From Planctomycetota bacterium (lineage in GTDB: Bacteria; Planctomycetota; UBA1135; GCA-002686595): a stretch of 56,573 nucleotides of DNA. The stretch's first letter is position 1. Each line of letters begins with the position of its first letter. The DNA is taken from NCBI GenBank assembly GCA_965655435.1, contig CBFHHK010000003.1, forward strand, positions 1 to 56,573. The letters are read 5' to 3'. The notes under the pieces are model-generated. The model was given only the letters and a program-made list of their open reading frames with translations. It made no database searches and was not told the DNA's origin. The position numbers were made by a program, and so were the translations under genes. Positions 1 to 9,900 of this stretch are shown here, piece by piece.

Positions 1-2
1 CC

Positions 3-857
3 CCGCCCCTGGTCCAGGCCTGCCTGACCCAGGTGGCGCCCCTCGCCCTCCGCCAGCGGCAGCACGAGGCCACGGCGCGGAACCTCTCGGCGGCCGCGGG
101 GTGGCTGGACGATCTGGAGCCCGGCCTTGGCGCGCGGCTCGCGGGGGACCCATCGGCCCTCACCCGCCGCTGCGGACGCTTCGCCGCGGAGCAATTCACC
201 CACTGGATCCGCCTGGCCCGCGGGGCCGGCCCGGGGGATCGCCGAGGTGCGTGGGTCGACGACCTCGTCCACCTCGACCCGTCCATCGAGACCCTCGATC
301 GAGCCCTCGCCGGGGGCCGCGGCGCGATCATCGTGACCGCGCACCTGGGCGACTGGGAGCTCCTTTGCGCGCGCCTCAGACGGCGCGGCCACGAAGGAGC
401 CGTGGTCGGGAGGGTCCGCCGACGAGACTCGAGCCACCGCTGGCTCGTGGACATGCGCCGAGCCTACGGGGTCGAGACGATCCCTCAGGACGCCGGTGCC
501 CGGGAGGCCCTCGGGGTCCTCAAGCGCGGAGGTGTTCTCGGGCTCGTGACCGACCTGCAGGTCCCGCGCCTCGACAACCGACAGGTCCCCTTCTTCGGAG
601 CTCCCGCCCCCACGATGACCGCACCTGCCAGCTTCGCTCGCGCCTGGCGGGCCCCGCTCATCCCCGTGCGTTGCGTTCGCTCGGACGGGCGCTACGTCCT
701 CTCGGTCGAAGAGCCGCTCGAGCTCCGGAGGGACCTCGACCGCGGGGACGCCGAGCTGGACCTCCTCCGCCGGCAGAACGAGGTCTTTGGCCGGTGGATC
801 GCCGCGACGCCCGAGCAATGGGCGTGGTACCTGCCGCGCTACTCCACTCCCGGCTGA
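3..857 (+). CDS. Lipid A biosynthesis lauroyl/lysophospholipid acyltransferase (LpxL/HtrB family), probably 5'-truncated by the window edge
   Basis: TAHLGDWE motif, VPFFG, C-terminal PEQWAW. Frame is open from position 3, upstream of the GTG at 33. Confidence 0.85.
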   Translation, partial: PPLVQACLTQVAPLALRQRQHEATARNLSAAAGWLDDLEPGLGARLAGDPSALTRRCGRFAAEQFTHWIRLARGAGPGDRRGAWVDDLVHLDPSIETLDRALAGGRGAIIVTAHLGDWELLCARLRRRGHEGAVVGRVRRRDSSHRWLVDMRRAYGVETIPQDAGAREALGVLKRGGVLGLVTDLQVPRLDNRQVPFFGAPAPTMTAPASFARAWRAPLIPVRCVRSDGRYVLSVEEPLELRRDLDRGDAELDLLRRQNEVFGRWIAATPEQWAWYLPRYSTPG

Positions 858-1292
858 TCAGCAGTTCCGCTCCGCCACCGGCGGGCGTGTATCGCGGTCC
901 GGCCCTCGTCCGAGGGTGACTCGCCCCAGGTGCTTGATGTTGCCGCAGGCGTCGGAAGCCCCGGGGATGTACAGGCGGAAGGGCCCCCCTCGCGCCCGCG
1001 TCAGCGGCCCATCGGCGTCCGCGTGGACGACGACGGCAGCCTCTAGGTCACCGAGCTCAAGGCTCGCGGCGAAGGAACCGTCGGTCGACTCCAAACAGGC
1101 CCAGGTCGCGCCAGAGGCCGGGTGCGCCTCGCCCACCAACCAGCTGAGGAGCACGCCCTTGCCTCGACGCCCCGGAACGAGCTCCGACAGGTCGTCCACG
1201 CGCGCGCTCGCTGGCGCTCGGTCCATGTCTGCCTGGGCCCAGCTCTCGCGACCGCTTCCGCCCAAGTCCCCGGTGATCTGAAGCTCGTCCAT
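858..1292 (-). CDS. Small molybdopterin-dependent oxidoreductase-like domain protein
   Basis: GVLLSWLV...STDGSFAASL...GPLTRARGGPFRLYIPG...CGNIKHL resembles the Oxidored_molyb fold. ATG is preceded by TACCAT-N6. Confidence 0.6.
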   Translation of the reverse strand: MDELQITGDLGGSGRESWAQADMDRAPASARVDDLSELVPGRRGKGVLLSWLVGEAHPASGATWACLESTDGSFAASLELGDLEAAVVVHADADGPLTRARGGPFRLYIPGASDACGNIKHLGRVTLGRGPDRDTRPPVAERNC

Positions 1293-1319
1293 ACCCTGAT
1301 GGTAGAACGGCGACCGGAC

Positions 1320-1790
1320 TCACGCAGAGCCGAGCAGGCGCTTCGCCGTCACGGCGAGCTGCAGCGTCAGGCCGGGAACATGCTCCCAGAGGACGGCCAC
1401 CCTCGAGCCGGCGCCGAGCGGCTCAATCCCGACCCGAACGGACCGGTCGTCGACATCGAGCGCGGCGAACGGCACGGAGACGCGCTCGCCCGCGGACCAC
1501 TCCTCGATCAGCGCCCCGCGGGTCTCGTGATCTGGATACTGCAGCGCCACCTTCAGGATCTCCGAGAGCCGAAACGCGAGCATCGGCGTCAGGGCCACCT
1601 GGACCGGGACCTCATCAAGGGCCTCGCAGGCCGCCGCGCCGGTGGTCAGGAATACAAGCCCAGCCGTCTCACCAATGAGGGCGTCGGTGGCGACTCTCGG
1701 GGGGGCCGCCTCGGCCATAGCTCCTGGGTTGTCGAGCGAGGGATCCATGTCCAATGTTGATCGGCAGTCCGACACACGGGACTTGGGCAC
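1320..1790 (-). CDS. Hypothetical protein (start uncertain, possibly the ATG at about 1749)
   Basis: ORF with normal amino-acid composition, co-oriented with 858..1292. No recognised motif. Confidence 0.55.
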   Translation of the reverse strand: MPKSRVSDCRSTLDMDPSLDNPGAMAEAAPPRVATDALIGETAGLVFLTTGAAACEALDEVPVQVALTPMLAFRLSEILKVALQYPDHETRGALIEEWSAGERVSVPFAALDVDDRSVRVGIEPLGAGSRVAVLWEHVPGLTLQLAVTAKRLLGSA

Positions 1791-1961
1791 TCGCCGGCAG
1801 ACCGCCCGGCCGCCCCGGATCGAGACCTCCTCCGGGTCAGGCCCCGGAAGCCTCCCCAGACCCCCTCAGGACGGGTCAGGCCCCCGAATTAATGACGGAG
1901 CGGGGTTGACGTCGGCGAAGCTGTACCGCGAACTCCATTCGTTCCTTTTACAAATTCAGCC

Positions 1962-2208
1962 AAGGCAGCGGTGCTCCTCCCTCACGGAGGAGTGAAACGG
2001 GAAGTACGGCGGACCCCTCCAGGGTCCATGACCGACGCGGCCCCCGCCACTGTAGACACGCCTCGGCCGTCGCGATGAACCACTGATCCTGAGCGCACAC
2101 CGCGCTCACCAAGGATCGGGAAGGTGCGACGGCCACGGATGCCCTGCGCCTCCCTCCGGGAGACCCAGGAACCCCTGACGTGCCAGCCAGGAGACCGGCC
2201 ACTGCCTT
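1962..2208 (+). promoter_or_regulatory. Cobalamin (B12) riboswitch
   Basis: Closing stem AAGGCAG(1962-1968)/CTGCCTT(2202-2208). Conserved blocks GGTG, AAACGGGAAG (1995-2004), GCCACTGTA (2046-2054), GGGAAGG (2118-2124) and AGCCAGGAGACC (2185-2196). Lies upstream of a FecCD/BtuC-type ABC operon. Confidence 0.92.
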
Positions 2209-2425
2209 CAACTGTTCGTGCTTCGGAGGGAAGCGTGACTATCAGTAGCCAATCACCCATCAGGGCGCTCGTACGGAGCCGCTCTACCCAGGGGCCATGC
2301 CCCCATCGCGCCGCGGCGCCAACCTCTCCAGCGGGGATCCCCCGCTTGTCTCCACCCGTCAGTGACGCGCCCCCGCCGGCGCTTCGTCTGGCCCGTTGGG
2401 ACCTCTGGAGCAGGTTGAAGCTGCA

Positions 2426-3415
2426 GTGAGCCGCCTGCAGGCCACCTGGACCGTGCTGGTCCTCGCGCTCGGCGCCGCCGCGGCGCTCTCGTTCTTCGTG
2501 GGTGAGGGAGACCTTGCTGACGAAGCGCTGAGGGGCACGTTGCTACGGCTGCGCGCGTGGCGACTGGCGAACACCGTGCTGGCTGGCGCCGCCCTCGCCG
2601 GTGCGGGTGTGCTCGTGCAGGGCCTGTTCCGCAACCCCCTCGCCAGCCCCTCGATCCTGGGCACCAGCGCGGGCGCGACGCTCGGCGGGGTCCTCGTGCT
2701 CGTCCTCTGGAACGCCCTGCTGGCGGCCCGCCTGGACTGGATGCCCGCCGAGCTGATCCTCCCCGTCGGGTGCCTGCTCGGCGCGTGGCTCTCCCTCACG
2801 ATCCTGCTCGCCGTGACCGGCCGCGGCGCCAGCATCGTCACCGTCTTGCTGACGGGGTTCATCCTCTCGAGCCTCTTCCTGAGCTTCGGGAGCCTGCTCA
2901 TGAGCCTGGCTCAGAACACCTGGGAGATGGGCCGCGCGGTGGTCGCCTTCACCCTCGGCGGCGTGGACGCCAAGGGGCCGAGGCACGCCGCCCTCGCGCT
3001 CCCCCTCGTCGCGGTCACCTCGGTGGTCGCCATGGGCTGGAGCCGCCACCTCGACCTGCTGCTCTCCGGAGAGGAGGAGGCTCAGTCCCTCGGCGTCGAC
3101 GTCAACGCCGCCCGGCGCTGGGTCATCGTCTGGGCCTCGACGCTCACCGCTGCGGCCGTCGCGATCGGCGGCAACGTGGCGTTCGTCGGCCTCGTTGTCC
3201 CCCACGCCCTCCGCCCGTTCACCGGGCCCGAGCACCGGGTCCTCATTCCCGCCTCGCTGGTGGGCGGAGCCGCGTTCCTGACCGCGGCCGACGTGCTCAC
3301 GCGCGTCCTCCCCACCGAGGGGACGATTCCGCTCGGCGTGGTGACCGGCCTCGTCGGCGCGCCGCTCTTCCTCATCCTCCTTGCCCGCGCCAGCCGCGAG
3401 GGGAGGATCGCGTGA
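2426..3415 (+). CDS. btuC: Cobalamin ABC transporter permease (BtuC/FecCD family)
   Basis: QGLFRNPLASPSILG, GEEEAQSLGV and FVGLVVPH motifs; multiple TM segments; under a B12 riboswitch. GTG start at 2426 chosen (ORF track gives 2396). Confidence 0.88.
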   Translation: MSRLQATWTVLVLALGAAAALSFFVGEGDLADEALRGTLLRLRAWRLANTVLAGAALAGAGVLVQGLFRNPLASPSILGTSAGATLGGVLVLVLWNALLAARLDWMPAELILPVGCLLGAWLSLTILLAVTGRGASIVTVLLTGFILSSLFLSFGSLLMSLAQNTWEMGRAVVAFTLGGVDAKGPRHAALALPLVAVTSVVAMGWSRHLDLLLSGEEEAQSLGVDVNAARRWVIVWASTLTAAAVAIGGNVAFVGLVVPHALRPFTGPEHRVLIPASLVGGAAFLTAADVLTRVLPTEGTIPLGVVTGLVGAPLFLILLARASREGRIA

Positions 3416-4200
3416 GCGACGGTCTCCAGGTACGTGGCCTCTGGGCCAGCTATCGGCGCGGCCCCGACGTGGTCCGCGGCGTCGACCTCGACGCCGCGCG
3501 CGGGTCCATCACCGCGCTCCTCGGCCCCAACGGGTCCGGCAAGAGCACGCTGCTCAAGGCGGTGGTCGGCCTCGTCGACTCCCGTGGCGAGGTCTCCCTC
3601 GACGGCGAAGATCTCCGCTCGATCGCCCCCGAGCAACGCGCGCAGCGCGTCGCCTACGTGCCCCAGCGCTCGCTTCTCACCGCGCCCCTCCTCGTTCACG
3701 CGGTCGTTGCGCAGGGTCGCTTCTCTCACCGGCGGGCGCTCGGCCGCCTCGGGCCCGAGGACCGGCAGATCGTGGACCGCGCCCTCGGCGACGCGGACAT
3801 CTCCCACCTGGCCTGCCGCCCCTTCACGGAGCTCTCGGGGGGCGAGCAGCAGCGCGTGCTCCTCGCCCGCGCCCTGGCGACCGGCGCCGATGTGCTGCTG
3901 ATGGATGAGCCCACCAGCGCCCAAGACGTCCGGCACGCCCTCGAGCTCCACGCGATCCTGATGCGCCTGAGGGCGCGCGGCGCCGCCATCCTCGTCTGTC
4001 TCCATGACCTCTCCGAGGTGCGCGCCATCGCCGATCGCGCGGTCCTGCTCGAGTGCGGCGCGGTCCACGCGGACGGCCCCGCGGAGGAGATCGTCCATGA
4101 CCGCCACATCACGCCGGTCTACGGCGTTGAGCTGATCGAAGGCGGCGGCCTCGGGTTCCGGCTCGCCCACGAGGACGCCAGCGGGGAGCGCGGTAGATGA
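3412..4200 (+). CDS. btuD: Cobalamin ABC transporter ATP-binding protein (BtuD/FecE family)
   Basis: Walker A GPNGSGKS, signature LSGGEQQR, Walker B LLMDEPT, H-loop LHDL. GTGA overlap with the permease stop. Confidence 0.9.
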   Translation: MSDGLQVRGLWASYRRGPDVVRGVDLDAARGSITALLGPNGSGKSTLLKAVVGLVDSRGEVSLDGEDLRSIAPEQRAQRVAYVPQRSLLTAPLLVHAVVAQGRFSHRRALGRLGPEDRQIVDRALGDADISHLACRPFTELSGGEQQRVLLARALATGADVLLMDEPTSAQDVRHALELHAILMRLRARGAAILVCLHDLSEVRAIADRAVLLECGAVHADGPAEEIVHDRHITPVYGVELIEGGGLGFRLAHEDASGERGR

Positions 4201-5303
4201 AGACCAACATCCTCAACGGCGCCCTGCTGATCGCGACGCTCGCCCTCTCGATGTGGGCCGCCACCCTCCCCGGCGGCGTCCCGACCGTCGTCCCCACACA
4301 GGGGGGAGCCGCCGACGCACCCGAGGTCGGAGCGACAGAGGTCGTGGACGCCCGCGGCGTCCCCGTCCCCGTCGCTCCCTACCAGCGGATCGTCTCGCTC
4401 AGCACGATCTCGGACCACGCGCTGCTGGAGCTCGTCGAGCCCGAGCGGATCGTCGCCATCACCGAGTACACCGCGCGACACCCCGTCGCCTGGCGCTTCG
4501 GCGATCGCCCCACCATCTCGAGTTCGGGCGCCTTGGAATCCGTGCTCTCTCTCCGCCCAGACCTGGTGGTGGTGACGCTGTATGCGGACGAGGCCTACCT
4601 CGCACGCCTCCGAGAGAACGGGGTCCAGGTCTTCGACCTTGGAGACATGCGGGGCGTCAGGACGACGCGCGCCAGTATCCGCGCGCTCGGGGCCCTCCTC
4701 GAAGTCCGCGGGCGCGCCGCGGCGCTCGAGAGGAGCTATGACCGCGAGCTCGCCGCGCTGGACGCGATGGTCCCCGACGACGAGCTCGTGCCCGGCATCT
4801 ACCTCTCGGTCTACGGCGACACCTTCTTCGGGGCCACGGCGAACACCAGCTACGCCGACACCCTGCACCTCGGCGGGGTCTTCGACCTCGCCGCCGAGCG
4901 CGGCTTCAAGGACTGGCCCCAGTACACCGCTGAACAGCTGCTGGAGCTGAATCCGCCGCTCATCGTCACGCTCGAGGGCATGGGCAGCGTCATCCGGAGC
5001 CACGCCCTCCTCTCCACGCTCAAGGCCTGCGGCCCCGATGGCCGGATCGTCGAGATCGACGGCGCCTTCAACGGGGACGCCGGCCTCGGGATCGTCGAAG
5101 CCGCCCACCAGGTCCTCTCCCGGGTCCACCCCGGGAGAGTCCGACCTGCCGCCGAGGTCCCCACGTCCGCCGATGCCGTGAACACCGCCGCGCCCGACGC
5201 GTCGGGTCCGAGCGCGGCCGCTCCGAACACAGCCGCTTCAAACTCAGCCGCTTCAGACTCAGCCGCTTCAGACTCAGCCGCTTCAAACAAAGGCGGCCGC
5301 TGA
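4197..5303 (+). CDS. btuF: Cobalamin ABC transporter substrate-binding protein (BtuF/Peripla_BP_2)
   Basis: N-terminal hydrophobic segment; VVDARG..V...QRIVSLS, ESVLSLRPDLVV, EQLLELNP. ATGA overlap with the ATPase. Confidence 0.85.
   Translation: MKTNILNGALLIATLALSMWAATLPGGVPTVVPTQGGAADAPEVGATEVVDARGVPVPVAPYQRIVSLSTISDHALLELVEPERIVAITEYTARHPVAWRFGDRPTISSSGALESVLSLRPDLVVVTLYADEAYLARLRENGVQVFDLGDMRGVRTTRASIRALGALLEVRGRAAALERSYDRELAALDAMVPDDELVPGIYLSVYGDTFFGATANTSYADTLHLGGVFDLAAERGFKDWPQYTAEQLLELNPPLIVTLEGMGSVIRSHALLSTLKACGPDGRIVEIDGAFNGDAGLGIVEAAHQVLSRVHPGRVRPAAEVPTSADAVNTAAPDASGPSAAAPNTAASNSAASDSAASDSAASNKGGR
5230..5288 (+). repeat. 15-bp tandem repeat x4 (CAGCCGCTTCARACT) encoding the (AASD/NS)n tail of the binding protein
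   Basis: Read directly from the sequence. Confidence 0.9.
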
Positions 5304-5364
5304 CCCCAGACCGTAACCAGACCCTCACTTCCGTCGCCCCAGCTTCCCGGGGCGACCTCACCTA

Positions 5365-6702
5365 ATGACCCTGATGAGAAATCTCTCTACCCTCGTCGCC
5401 GCTGCCCTCATGGGCACGGCCCTCACCCCCTCCACCCTCGCCCAGGTGACTGCTGCCGACGGCTACTCGGTCGCCGGCTCCATCGACCTGTCCCCCTACT
5501 GCGGGACGTTCCCGGCGGTGCACGTCTTCGCGGACGGCTCCATCCTGATCTTCGACGGCTCGAACACCTCCCACCGCTCCGCAGACGGGACCATCCTCCG
5601 CGACTACGGCACCCGGCCCTCATCGGTGTTCGCCAGCTTCGTACGGGTGGACGAGTCCGCCGGGCTCGCGTACATCGGCGAGTCCTCGTTCGGCACCATC
5701 TCGGAGCTTGACCTCGACACGGGTACCTCGCGCATCCTGAACACCCTCGTGTTCAACTACGACCTTGCCTTCGACGTCGTCCCCGGCCTCGCCTACGTCA
5801 CGGGCTCCCCTGGGGGCTTCGGCGCCAACGCGCTGTACCGGCTTGACCTCGTCAGCGGCGCGCTCTCCCAGGTGGCCCAACTCGACGGCTTCTCCGGACC
5901 CGTCGAGGTCGACTCGCTGGGCAACGTCGTGGTCTCCGTTGACCTCGGCCTCTTCCCCATCCCCGCCGACTCGGTCAAGCTGGTCCGGTTCGACAGCGTC
6001 GAGGTGACCCTCGGCACCGTGCTCACCGACGAGGATGACGGCGAGGACTTCTCCGTCGCGTATGACGGCATCTCCTCGATGGACTACGACGCCGGTGCGG
6101 ACTGCTACTCGGTGATCGAGGTCAACACTGGCACCACGGGCTCCGAGAGCTTTGCATGGAATGTGAACAACCAGGGAGACCGCGCCGAGCTCGTGGCGAC
6201 CGTCCCTGGCTTCGCAGGAGGGGCCCAGCTCGTCCAGTCCGGCCTTGGAACCGCCTTCGCGGCGTATCAGCCCGCGTACACCTCGCTGCGGATCTCCTAC
6301 TCCCAGTGCTTCGGCAACGGCTCGGCGGACATCTTCAACGTCGTCCCGCGGCAGGCCACTGCGGTCTTCTCCGGCCCCGGCTCGGGGGCCAGCGGGCCCG
6401 CTTTCATCGACGTCGAGGGTGGGGTCCCCAACGGCTACGCGTCCCTTTGGGTCGCTCGCTCGGTGGCCTGGGAGCCGATTCCGGTGATCGATGATATCGG
6501 CGGACTCTACCCCGTCGCGCTGCAGGCCTCGTCAGCCGCCTTCGGCCGCCGCTTCTCCCCGATCCTGCTCAACAGCAGCGGCGCCGGGGGGCTCCTCTTC
6601 ACCCAGACGCCTGCGATCGAGGGGGCCTTCCTGTTCCAGTGGGTCATCCAAGACCCCTCCCTCCAGGTCATCTCGACGTCCACCGCGACGATCAACCTGT
6701 AG
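5365..6702 (+). CDS. Secreted beta-rich (propeller-like) protein with a C-terminal FQW..QD domain, last gene of the B12 operon
   Basis: Signal peptide ending ..STLAQ; repeated blade-like segments (GLAYIGES, GLAYVTGS, LYRLDL); 61 bp after btuF and before a terminator. Confidence 0.75.
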   Translation: MTLMRNLSTLVAAALMGTALTPSTLAQVTAADGYSVAGSIDLSPYCGTFPAVHVFADGSILIFDGSNTSHRSADGTILRDYGTRPSSVFASFVRVDESAGLAYIGESSFGTISELDLDTGTSRILNTLVFNYDLAFDVVPGLAYVTGSPGGFGANALYRLDLVSGALSQVAQLDGFSGPVEVDSLGNVVVSVDLGLFPIPADSVKLVRFDSVEVTLGTVLTDEDDGEDFSVAYDGISSMDYDAGADCYSVIEVNTGTTGSESFAWNVNNQGDRAELVATVPGFAGGAQLVQSGLGTAFAAYQPAYTSLRISYSQCFGNGSADIFNVVPRQATAVFSGPGSGASGPAFIDVEGGVPNGYASLWVARSVAWEPIPVIDDIGGLYPVALQASSAAFGRRFSPILLNSSGAGGLLFTQTPAIEGAFLFQWVIQDPSLQVISTSTATINL

Positions 6703-6773
6703 CGAGGAGGCCGCTGGCAGCGAGCAGGCAACCCGTCGCGAGATTGCCCCTCGCGCGTTACGGCCCGTTCTGC

Positions 6774-6818
6774 GCGACCCGTACCGATTCATGGAATCGG
6801 TACGGGTCGCTCTCGTTT
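6774..6818 (+). terminator. Intrinsic terminator-like hairpin closing the B12 operon
   Basis: Perfect 17-bp stem GCGACCCGTACCGATTC-ATG-GAATCGGTACGGGTCGC followed by TCTCGTTT. Confidence 0.7.
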
Positions 6819-6922
6819 GCGGTTCGCACAGGCTCGTTCCGTATAGTCGGAGGCGGGGCCGAGCGCGCACAACTTGCAGCGCCTTCGACCTCGACAGAAC
6901 CCCGCTCAGCCAACGATCCACC

Positions 6923-9900
6923 ATGGTGCCATTCCGGTCCTGGGCACCCGCCGCCCTCGCCCTCCTGCTCGCCCTCGTACTCGCGTCCTCGCTCACCGCG
7001 CAGGTGAGAGAGGACCACTACGAGGAGCTCCGCTTCTCCATCGAAGATGGCCTTCCCTCGAACTCGATCCGCGCCCTCGAGTTCGACGAGGAGGGCCAGC
7101 TCTGGATCGGGACGCTCGCCGGACTCACCGTCTTTGACGGAAACGTGTTCACGAGCGTCCCCCTTTGCAACGAAGGTGCGCCCCTGGCCCACAGGGTCAC
7201 AGCTCTGGAGATGTGTGCCGACGGCGCCCTCCTGATCGGCACCCAGGGCGGGACCCTGCTGCGCTACTCCCAGGGGGTCTTCGAGACGCTTCCCACGGAC
7301 CTGAATAGCGCCGTCCAAGCCATCGAAGAGCTCCCCGAGGGGGCGATCGTGGTCGCCGGACAGAGCCTTGTGAGCATCAACGAAGATGAGGTACGGGTCT
7401 TCGCAAGCTCCGACCGTGCGAACCGCGGCGCCGCAGATCTTAAAGCGCACGAGGGCTCTCTCTACGCCGCTGGCCCCTGGGGGCTGTGGAAGCTGGGCGA
7501 AGGCAGCCCCGAGCTGCTGCGCGCAGGGAGGTATGAGGCGCTGGTCCAAGCCCCCGGCGGCGACCTCCTCGCGGTGCGGCCAGGCGAGGTGATCCGTGTC
7601 AACGATCCCACCAAGCCGCTGGACCTCCGCCTCGGCTCCGTCTACGCCTCGATCGTCATCAACGAGCAAATGACCATGCTGGCGTGCGAGGACACGACCC
7701 AGCTGCTCTTCGCCAACGGTGCCCCGTCTGCGCCCATTCTCTTGATGGAGGACGACACCGCGACGCGGCCGCGGGCCTTCGCCGTGCGCCGGCGCGGCTC
7801 CTGGATCGGGACGGATCGCAACGGGCTCCTCTACATCGAACGGACACCTGCCTACAAGCTCGATGGCGACGCCGGCGCACCGGCCCTCTACGCCCGCAGC
7901 GTCTTCCAGCTCGATCCCGACTCCGCCATCGTCCAGCGGCCCAGGGCCAACGCGATCCGCTTCACCCAGACCAGCGCCTCAAGCACCGGCACGTTCGATG
8001 AGCTCGAGTTCATCGGCGGGACCCCAGTTCCGATCTTCGGGTGCACAAGTTCCCGGGAAGGCGTTGCTTGGCTCGCCTCCGAGGCTGGTGTCTTCAGGCT
8101 TGAAGGAGTCACCGCCCGCCCCGCCCCCTGCGCCGACGGCCCGGTCCTCGCGATCGTTGACACCCCCTCGGGCGAAGTCTGGGCCGCCGAGGACGGCAGC
8201 TTCTTCGAGGTGCTCCCGAACGGTGAACGCGGACGGTCCTTGCCCGGCCCGACGCCGGCTCCCGCGACGGTCGCCGCGAGCGAGACGGGGCTCTACTTCG
8301 CTGCAGTGGGAGGCGTCTATCACCTCGAGACCTCACGGAACAGCGGAGCAGCCGAGCGGATCCTCGAGCTCACCGAATCGGTCGAGCCACGCTGGCTCGC
8401 CGTGGACCCCCAGGGGGACCCCTGGCTCACCACCTACGGCGACGGGCTCTTCTGCATCAGAGCAGACGGGTCTGAGCAGTACACGGTGAAGGACGGTCTG
8501 ACCTGCGACTACCTCGGATGGATCAACTTCAGCACAGACAGAAATAGCGGACAGGTCTCGGTGCTCTTGAACTCCAACCGAGGCCTGCTCACCGTACCCG
8601 TCGGCCGGCTCAGGGCTGGCCTGCAGAGCACAGGGGGGGCCCTTCAGACCCTCTCAAACCAGGAGAGCGAAGGGCCCAGCGGCGCCTACCTCGCCTGCGG
8701 CACGATCCTGCTCCCGACCCTGCGGGGACTCTACGGCTTCAGGCTCGACCAGGGAGTCTCCACCAATGAGCCACCCAGGACCGTGATTGACGCTGTCGTC
8801 GTGAACGACGTGGACATGGACGATGGGGATAAAATCGCGATGGCCGAGGTGCAAGGCTCCGCAGATATCGACATCGGGTTCACCGCCATCGCGATGCCGA
8901 GCACGGCCGACGCCACGTTCTCCTACAGGCTCCTGAGCCCTGAATCAGATGCCTCCGCCGACGTCGACTGGGTCAACAGCTTCTCCGCCAAGTCGGTCCA
9001 GTACTTCAACCTCCCGCCCGGGACCTACACCTTCGAGGTGCGGTCCAAGCTCCCAGGCACGGATTGGTCAGCCCCCGTCAGCGCCAGGGTGGTCCGCGTC
9101 AACCCCTTCCTCTACCAGCGCCCTGAGGCGCAGTTCACCCTCCTCGCCCTTGTCCTGATACTGCTCGCGTACAGCTTCACCCGGTTCATCCGCGCCGAGG
9201 ACGCCTCGCAGGAACTCACCACACAGGTCGAGCAGAACCGCACCCTCGCAGCTGAGGCCGCCCAGCGGGAGGCTCGCTACGCGCGCCTCCTCGACTCCTC
9301 CCACGACGGGATCGTGCTGATCGAGTCGGATGGGCGGATCTCCTTCGCCAACGACGCGGTGACCCGGAGCTTTGGCTTCGAACGCTCCGAGCTGCTCGAG
9401 AAGGACGCCTCATGGCTCGGCATCACGGACACCCTGGCCATCCTCGCGGCCGCGGACGGGGGCGAATCCGCCAATCTGTTCTCGCGGAACGTCTTGGTCG
9501 ACGACAAGTTCGGCATCCCCCACGAGTCGGACCTCGTCGCTGCACGAACAGAGCTCGACGGAAAGGGCTGCCTCCTCGTCGTCATCCGAGACCTCACCGC
9601 CGACAACCTTCTACTTGACCGCCTCGACACCAGTGAGCGGCGCTTCCAGGCTCTCTTCCAGGGGGCGCCTGCCGCGCTCATCACCTTCTCGTCTGACCTG
9701 CGGCTCATCGACTGGAATCGCCGCGCCGAGGGGCTGCTCGGAACTATCGATAGCCCCGAAGTGAAGCTATCAGCCGCCTTCGAGAGTGGCCTCAAGCGAG
9801 CGAACTTCGAGCTCCAGGTCCAGCGGACGATTGAGACGCGGTCCGAGACCCGGGCGGTCCACTCGACGACCGGCAGCTCTGGTGAGAAGCTCCGGGTCAA

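Noticed and set aside
2297-2365. ATG at 2297 as the permease start or a leader peptide
   Set aside because: In-frame TGA at about 2363; no evidence that the 22-codon frame is functional.
2557-3411. 547-aa ORF suggesting a long N-terminal extension of the ABC ATPase
   Set aside because: It is an alternative frame of the permease; the real start is the coupled GTG at 3412.
6491-6922. Extended N-terminus of the kinase given by the ORF track
   Set aside because: Overlaps the upstream gene and the terminator hairpin; the signal peptide starts at ATG 6923.
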